Positions 9,145-14,283 of a DNA stretch of 14,283 nucleotides are shown here, in pieces. The position numbers were made by a program, and so were the translations under genes. Every line of letters starts with the position of its first letter. Within the stretch, counting starts at the first letter, position 1. Source of the stretch: Octopus sinensis (taxonomy: Eukaryota); assembly GCF_006345805.1 (NCBI RefSeq), contig NW_021825846.1, forward strand, positions 1 to 14,283. Direction: 5' to 3'. The notes under the pieces are model-generated. The model saw nothing but the letters and a program-made list of their open reading frames with translations, was not told where the DNA came from and searched no databases.

Positions 9145-9306
9145 GTAAGTTGTTCTGTTTATTTCCTTCTCAAATTTGATTGCTTGTTTCTTATTTTATA
9201 CACAATATGAAATGTTCCTAAGTAATCACATACATTTGTCCATAATGTTTCATTTCTTTCTTCAACTCTTTCCTCTAATCCTCATCATTGTCACTTTTTA
9301 TATATA

Positions 9307-9700
9307 CTAGCAGTATAGCCCGGCGTTGCTCAGGTTTGTTTTGACCCTTTAGAATTGGAATTTTTTGAAAAGTAAAAATTTTGCGTTATGTAGCTTTTTA
9401 TTCTCTTTAAGTGAACATTTTTCTGGTTGAAATACACCGAACAATGGCGACACATCAGTCAAAAAATCGTTAAAAATAGGGATTTTCATAGAAAAAATGC
9501 AGCTTTTTGATGTAAACAATTTTTGGTCTTAACATGGTCTGATTTGAATTTTTTTCTTCTACGGAAGGAAGAGCAAGCCTTCTTCTATCATACTCTCAAT
9601 TTAGGTCAACTTGCGCCTCAGGGTCTCGGAGGAGATAGTGTTAGTTGAAGGCTACCAAACCTGCCACACACAGACAACTTCAGCTTTATAGAGAGAGAGA
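9307..9700 (-). mobile_element. Non-autonomous Helitron (394 bp)
   Basis: On the minus strand it reads host A | TC... ...CTAG | host T. A degenerate GC-rich hairpin, CCTGAGCAACGCCGGG (9319-9334), lies 8 nt before the terminal CTAG. There is no TSD, as expected for Helitrons. Confidence 0.78.
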
Positions 9701-9701
9701 T

Positions 9702-10200
9702 TTAACCAAACCTTGAAGCATGCTAGAATTAAGAGAATGTGAGTGAGAGAGAAACCCATCCTCACACACTGCAATGGGGTATTCTGGCAGAAAATATTCA
9801 ACTCAAGAGATGAGGGAAAGATGGAGTTAGTAGATGGATGGTGACTTTGTCAAAAAGTCCTTTTGCTACAAACAGTCGAAGGTTTTATTGATGCCAAGGG
9901 CCACAGCAATTCTTTTGCAGAATTTATCAAACATACGAAAATACTGGTGTGTCACATAGGAATCAAGCCCCAACTTGATCTGGCTTTATAAAACTGTACT
10001 AGAGAAAGATACCCAAAAGGACAAAGATGATGGTTCTTGGTAGCTTTTTACTTCAAAATTGAAATATTGGAAGTTAGAAGGAAACGATGGTAGTCAGTAG
10101 ATGGGATATTGTCTGCAGGAATATAGAGCTGGGCTTCTCAAAGAGGTAAGTACTACCAATGTGTAGGGGCTGTGGGGAAATTTTATAAGAAGTTATGTGC
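9702..10200 (-). mobile_element. Highly decayed CR1/Jockey-group LINE reverse transcriptase fragment
   Basis: Manual translation gives IAVALGINKTFDCL*QKDFLTK...YFLPEYPIAVCEDGFLSHSHSLNSSMLQGLV, matching the pattern AVALDISKAFDRVWH.GLL.KL...FLS.R...V.VDG..S....INSGVPQGSV. Multiple stops; the upstream boundary is approximate. Confidence 0.65.
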
Positions 10201-10300
10201 ATATGAAATAGGAAGAATGTGTACCTGAGTTTGGCTGAAGCCAGGCAGTAAAGGTTGGATCAGTAACAAAAGTGAATCAGTGATTCAAATATTCACACCC

Positions 10301-10500
10301 CTGGCACCTGTGCCCGTGGCACGTAAAATGCACTCACTACACTCATGGAGTGGTTGGCGTTAGGAAGGGCATCCAGCAGTAGAAACTCTGCCAGATCAAG
10401 ATTGGAGCCAGGTGCAGCTTCCTGGCTTCCCAGACACCAGTTGAACCGTTCAACCCATGCTAGCATGGAAAACGGACGTTAAACGATGATGTTGATGATG
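10301..10500 (+). mobile_element. RTE-related non-autonomous retroposon (family 3), 3' part
   Basis: Contains GGCGTTAGGAAGGGCATCCAGC, a motif I associate with RTE 5'UTR-derived bipartite elements, and a (GAT)n tail. A second copy lies inverted at 11375-11779. Confidence 0.7.
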
Positions 10501-10540
10501 TGTATGTGTGGATAAGGTAAGTAGTTATCCATTTCAAGAC

Positions 10541-10607
10541 TGGGAATCAAAGCAGCGATCCTACGACTGCAAGTCTGCTGGCCTAACCACTGGGCCATTG
10601 CGCCTCC
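10541..10607 (-). mobile_element. Isolated tRNA-like SINE head (family 4), truncated
   Basis: GGAGGCGCAATGGCCCAGTGGTTAGG...GCTTTGATTCCCA has a good A box and a degenerate B box, with no complete cloverleaf. It is preceded by a TA/CA microsatellite. Confidence 0.65.
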
Positions 10608-10621
10608 ACACACATACACAC

Positions 10622-10664
<43 letters not shown>

Positions 10665-10690
10665 GTGTGTGTGTGTATACACGTATGTGT
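10608..10690 (+). repeat. Compound (CA)/(TA)n/(TG)n microsatellite
   Basis: Seen directly. Confidence 0.9.
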
Positions 10691-10747
10691 AAATACAGTA
10701 TAAATTCCATTTAATTACTCCCTGCCCCAATCATTCCACCCCTTTAA

Positions 10748-10969
10748 GCCTTTCGTTACCATATTTCTGTTGAGATGTTCTGTGTTTCTTTCAATTAATT
10801 TTAAATATAACAAAGAATTTAGTAAAATAACTTAGTTATCATTAAGATAGTATTAGGAACATAAATTGTGACTAAGATTTGGTGGAAGATTTTAATTCAG
10901 AATGTATGAAAACAAGACATTTGTACTACAGAGCCAGAGGCGGTTTCAGCCATGTTGGTAACGAAAGGG
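10748..10969. mobile_element. piggyBac-type MITE (222 bp)
   Basis: TTAA on both sides (10744-10747, 10970-10973). 14-bp TIRs GCCTTTCGTTACCA and CCCTTTCGTTACCA (reverse complement of 10956-10969), one mismatch. AT-rich non-coding interior. Confidence 0.85.
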
Positions 10970-11079
10970 TTAATGAATTAGATTCTTTTTCTTATCTTTT
11001 TCTGTGTTCTTTTTTTCTTTTAATTTTTCTCCTCCCCTTCCAACACCATTTTTACTATTTTTTTTCTTCTTTTCTTCGG

Positions 11080-11222
11080 GTGAACCAACGAGATAACTCC
11101 TTACACTACACCTGTAGTTCTGGTTACACAGACACAGTTGGCCTGTTGTTAATTCACATTGGCATTAATGCCAATATCGGGGACAAATATGGTGACACAC
11201 CCTTACATTTGGCTGTTTGAAA
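11080..11222 (+). pseudogene. Ankyrin-repeat gene, exon 2 (non-canonical acceptor, in-frame TGA)
   Basis: Reads VNQRDNSLHYTCSSGYTDTVGLLLIHIGINANIGDKYGDTPLHLAV*, with a clear GDTPLHLA ankyrin motif. Long pyrimidine tract ending in CGG rather than CAG; GTAAGT donor at 11223 (phase 2); TGA at 11218-11220. Confidence 0.85.
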
Positions 11223-11374
11223 GTAAGTCCCTTTCGATTCTGGAATATCCAAATCTGTTTCTTTTGCACTTTCAATAATGTTTGTCGCATTTTTTCAATG
11301 AGTCATTCATGCCATAATCCCACCATGGGGTTGTTGTCGTTCTTCCCTCTTTCACACTGTAATGTCACTGTAAT

Positions 11375-11779
11375 CTTCTTCATCATCATCGTTTAACGTC
11401 CGCTTTCCATGCTAGCATGGGTTGGACAATTTGACTGAGGACTGGCGAACCAGATCGCTGCACCAGGCAACAATCTTGATCTGGCAGAGTTTCTACAGCT
11501 GGATGCCCTTCCTAACGCCAACCACTCCGAGAGTGTAGTGGGTGCTTTTACGTTCCACTGGCATGGGGGCCAGTCAGGAACGACCTCACTCGAATCTTTT
11601 TACACATGCCACCGGTACAGGTGCCAGTAAGGCGACGCTGGTAACGATCACACTCGAATGGTGCCTTTTATGTGCCACTGGCACGGAAGCCAGTTAGCTG
11701 CTCTGTCAACGATCACACTCGTATGGTGCTCTTTGCACCCCGCTAGCACGGATGCCAGTCATCGAATTTGATTTTGATT
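11375..11779 (-). mobile_element. RTE-related non-autonomous retroposon (family 3), longer copy with four tandem 54-66 bp units
   Basis: Reverse complement aligns with 10301-10500. GCCAGT unit ends are at 11574, 11628, 11694 and 11759. Confidence 0.72.
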
Positions 11780-12180
11780 CTACTTTAATTAATCATCACC
11801 ATAATTTTTGTCGTTGTTCTTGCCTGACTGGTCATCTCATTCTCCGTTACCTCAACGTTACAGGTTCAAACCCTCCCTTTTCTTCTGTTCATCGCATGTA
11901 AAACTTCCGCCTTCTCTCTCTCTCTCGCTCTTGTAATTTCCCTTTTTCCTCTGACCCTGGGCTAAATACAGAATCACCCCCTTTCAGTATTTACATTTGT
12001 TTCTTTATGTTCCATGTTCAAATCTTGCCAGAGTATCTATTACCACTCTGGGGTCATTATAATCTGTACCAGTAATATCCAGGGGTTTATGCAATAAACT
12101 GTTCTCCCTCTCCACTCTGTTTCTTGTGTCTTATTACTGTTGGACAAAATACCTTGTGGTATTTATTTATGACTCTTTAT

Positions 12181-12267
12181 GTTCTGAGTTCAAATCCTGC
12201 CAAGATCGACTTGTCCTTCCATCTTTGCAAGGTTGATAAAATGCAATACCAGTCATGTAATGGGGTC
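12181..12267 (+). mobile_element. Diverged SINE family 2 fragment
   Basis: GTTCTGAGTTCAAATCCTGCCAAGATCGACTT...GGTTGATAAA aligns with 8075-8150. Confidence 0.65.
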
Positions 12268-12432
12268 CATACAACTATCTATAGCCCTTCTTTCTCTCCT
12301 AAATTTCATGTTTATATAACTGTTGTTCATTGTACCATATATACATTTCTGTGTTTACTCAGGTGTGTATATATCATTTTTGTACTGTGTAGAGTGTGTA
12401 GTGAATAAATATATTTTTTCTTCTTTTTCTTT

Positions 12433-12837
12433 CTCTTTACTTGTTTCAGTCATTTTGACTGCGGCCATGCTGGAGCACCGCCTTTAATCGAGCAACTCGA
12501 CCCCGGGACTTATTCTTTGTAAGCCCAGTACTTATTCTATCGGTCTCTTTTTGCCGAACCGCTAAGTTACGGGGACGTAAAGACACCAGCATCGGTTGTC
12601 AAGCAATGGTGGGGGGACAAACACAGACACACAAACACACACACACACCACACATATATATATATACATATATACGACAGGCTTCTTTCAGTTTCCATCT
12701 ACCAAATCCACTCACAAAGCATTGGTCGGCCTGGGGCTATAGCAGAAGACACTTGCCCAAGATGCCACGCAGTGGGACTGAACCCGGAACCATGTGATTA
12801 GTTAGCAAGCTACTTACCGCACAGCCACTCCTGCGCC
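12433..12837 (-). mobile_element. SINE family 1, full-length copy
   Basis: Reverse complement aligns closely with 7438-7842. Confidence 0.9.
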
Positions 12838-12951
12838 TATGTTGACTTAATTACATTTGTTTTCTCTAATGACCTAATAACTATTAATTATCTCTATCAT
12901 TGTGATGTTTGTATTTTTCACGTTTTTCTTCCCTCTTTCCATAACTTCCAG

Positions 12952-12988
12952 CCAAAATTATGATGTGGTGGCTTTGATGCTGGCCGAG
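12952..12988 (+). pseudogene. Ankyrin-repeat gene, exon 3 copy A (37 nt)
   Basis: Pyrimidine tract, CAG acceptor and GTAAGT donor. The phase 2 start completes AA|C from exon 2, giving N-QNYDVVALMLAE, the second helix of the ankyrin repeat. Confidence 0.8.
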
Positions 12989-13092
12989 GTAAGTTAACAA
13001 ATGCATATTATATACACTCTCTAGTCTTTGATTGATCTGTTAAATATTAATATCATTAAGGTACCAGTGAAATAATGGGGGTAGGTTTAATC

Positions 13093-13351
13093 CTTTAGTC
13101 GAGCAAATCGACCCCAAGACTAATTCTTTTTAAGCCTAGTACTTATTCTATCGGTCTCTTTTGCTGCCGAACCACTAAGTTATGGGGATGTAAACACACC
13201 AGCATCGGTTGTCAAGCGATGTTGGGAGGTGGGGAGGACAAACACACACGCACGCACACACACATATATACAACGGGCTTCTTTCAGTTTCCGTCTTCCA
13301 AATCCACTCACACGGCTTTGGTCAGCCTGAGGCTATAGTAGAAAACACTTG
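13093..13351 (-). mobile_element. SINE family 1, partial copy
   Basis: Aligns with the middle of the other copies; lacks the tRNA head and the last part of the tail. Confidence 0.85.
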
Positions 13352-13484
13352 ATGTTTGAGTTCAAATTCCGCCAATCGACCCGGAATTCATCCTCTTGGG
13401 ATCGATAAATGAAGTCATTGCACACTGAGGTGATCTGCTCGACAGGGCTCAAAATTTCGGGCCTTGTGCCTAGAGTGAAAAGAA
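13352..13484 (+). mobile_element. Diverged SINE family 2-type fragment
   Basis: GAGTTCAAATTCCGCC...TTCATCCTCTTGGGATCGATAAAT matches the family 2 B box and central domain. Confidence 0.6.
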
Positions 13485-13730
13485 ATGAACCTCCTTGATA
13501 CCCTGGGCATTCATGGTATGAAATTTATCGTCATTGACACCAATGCCATGTATTATTTTAAAATGCAGTAAAAATAGTGGGGCCCCAATTAGGTGTCCTT
13601 CAAAACATAAATTCTCTCCGTATTGGGAGTTACTGGTTGAGTTTCGTTTTCTTTGCTATAACTATTAATTATCTCTCATTGTGATGTTTGTATTTTTCAC
13701 GTTTTTCTTCCCTCTTTCCATAACTTCCAG

Positions 13731-13767
13731 CCAACATTATGATGTGGTGGCTTTGATGCTGGCCGAG
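13731..13767 (+). pseudogene. Ankyrin-repeat gene, exon 3 copy B (tandem duplicate)
   Basis: Part of a duplicate of 12877-13092 starting at 13658. Reads QHYDVVALMLAE; CAG acceptor intact, donor GTTAGT. Confidence 0.8.
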
Positions 13768-13879
13768 GTTAGTTAACAAAGGCATATTATATACACTCTC
13801 TAGTCTTTGATTGATCTGTTAAATATTGATATCATTAAGGTACCAGTGAAATAATGGGGGTAGGTTTAATCACCTGTAT

Positions 13880-14082
13880 ACTCTTTTACTTGTTTCAGTC
13901 ATTTGACTGTGGCCATGCTGGAGCACCACTTCTAGTCGAACAAATCGACTAAGTGGTTCAGCAAAAGAGACCGATAGAATAAGTACTAGGCTTACAAAGA
14001 ATAAATCCTGGGGTCGATTTGTTCGACTAAAGGTGGTGCTCCAGCATGGCCACAGTCAAATGACTGAAACAAGTAAAAGAGT
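13880..14082. mobile_element. Two head-to-head truncated SINE family 1 tail fragments at the palindrome centre
   Basis: 13880-13949 is a minus-oriented tail piece. 13950-14082 is a plus-oriented 3' piece ending GTAAAAGAG. Confidence 0.85.
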
Positions 14083-14194
14083 ATACAGGTGATTAAACCT
14101 ACCCCCATTATTTCACTGGTACCTTAATGATATCAATATTTAACAGATCAATCAAAGACGAGAGAGTGTATATAATATGCATTTGTTAACTAAC

Positions 14195-14231
14195 CTCGAC
14201 CAGCATCAAAGCCACCACATCATAATGTTGG
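14195..14231 (-). pseudogene. Ankyrin-repeat gene, exon 3 copy C (inverted duplicate)
   Basis: The minus strand reads CAG|C-QHYDVVALMLVE|GTTAGT. Confidence 0.8.
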
Positions 14232-14283
14232 CTGGAAGTTATGGAAAGATGGAAGAAAAACGTGAAAAATACAAACATCACAA

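Larger units (their letters stand above)
13679..14283. repeat. Long inverted repeat: arms 13679-13949 and 14013-14283, 63-bp spacer, open at the window end
   Basis: Base-by-base comparison gives 271-bp arms with 6 substitutions and no indels. Confidence 0.97.

Noticed and set aside
10541-10607. Functional tRNA gene
   Set aside because: The B box is degenerate and the acceptor and T stems do not close. The same applies to the heads at 7438, 8009, 8875 and 12837.
10879-11079. N-terminal part of track ORF 10879..11220
   Set aside because: It runs through the MITE and the pyrimidine tract; only 11080-11222 looks coding.
11218-11220. TGA as selenocysteine
   Set aside because: No SECIS can be seen, the 3'UTR is outside the window, and the position is not a redox motif.
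11520-11779. CRISPR-like repeat-spacer array
   Set aside because: The units are contiguous diverged tandem repeats without unique spacers, there are no cas genes, and the context is eukaryotic.
13485-13657. Possible extra exon between exon 3 copies A and B
   Set aside because: No ankyrin-like translation and no convincing splice-site pair.

Overview
Repeat-dense, AT-rich animal genomic DNA. The SINE families look like those of octopus; this is recognition from memory, not a database result. The left half (1-7170, all minus strand) is a chain of three mobile elements. It starts with a 122-bp decayed Gypsy-type integrase fragment. Next is a full-length 2.8-kb hAT (Buster/SPIN/GTF2IRD2-like) transposon whose two 8-bp flanks do not match. 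Last is a Tx1/L1-clade LINE (ORF1 with CCHC knuckle; ORF2 with AP endonuclease and RT), cut in the middle of RT exactly at the hAT terminus, with its 5' end next to (GATA)20. The right half is a plus-strand ankyrin-repeat gene or pseudogene. Three exon types are visible, and exon 2 has a CGG acceptor and an in-frame TGA. The introns hold tRNA-derived SINEs, RTE-related repeats, a 394-bp Helitron, a piggyBac-type MITE and a CR1-like RT relic. The 37-nt third exon is present three times: two tandem copies and one inverted copy. The last two form a palindrome of at least 271 bp per arm that runs off the window end. Twelve frameshifts across four unrelated reading frames are each repairable by adding one base next to an identical base, which suggests long-read consensus errors. 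No prokaryotic-type system, CRISPR array or functional RNA gene is supported.
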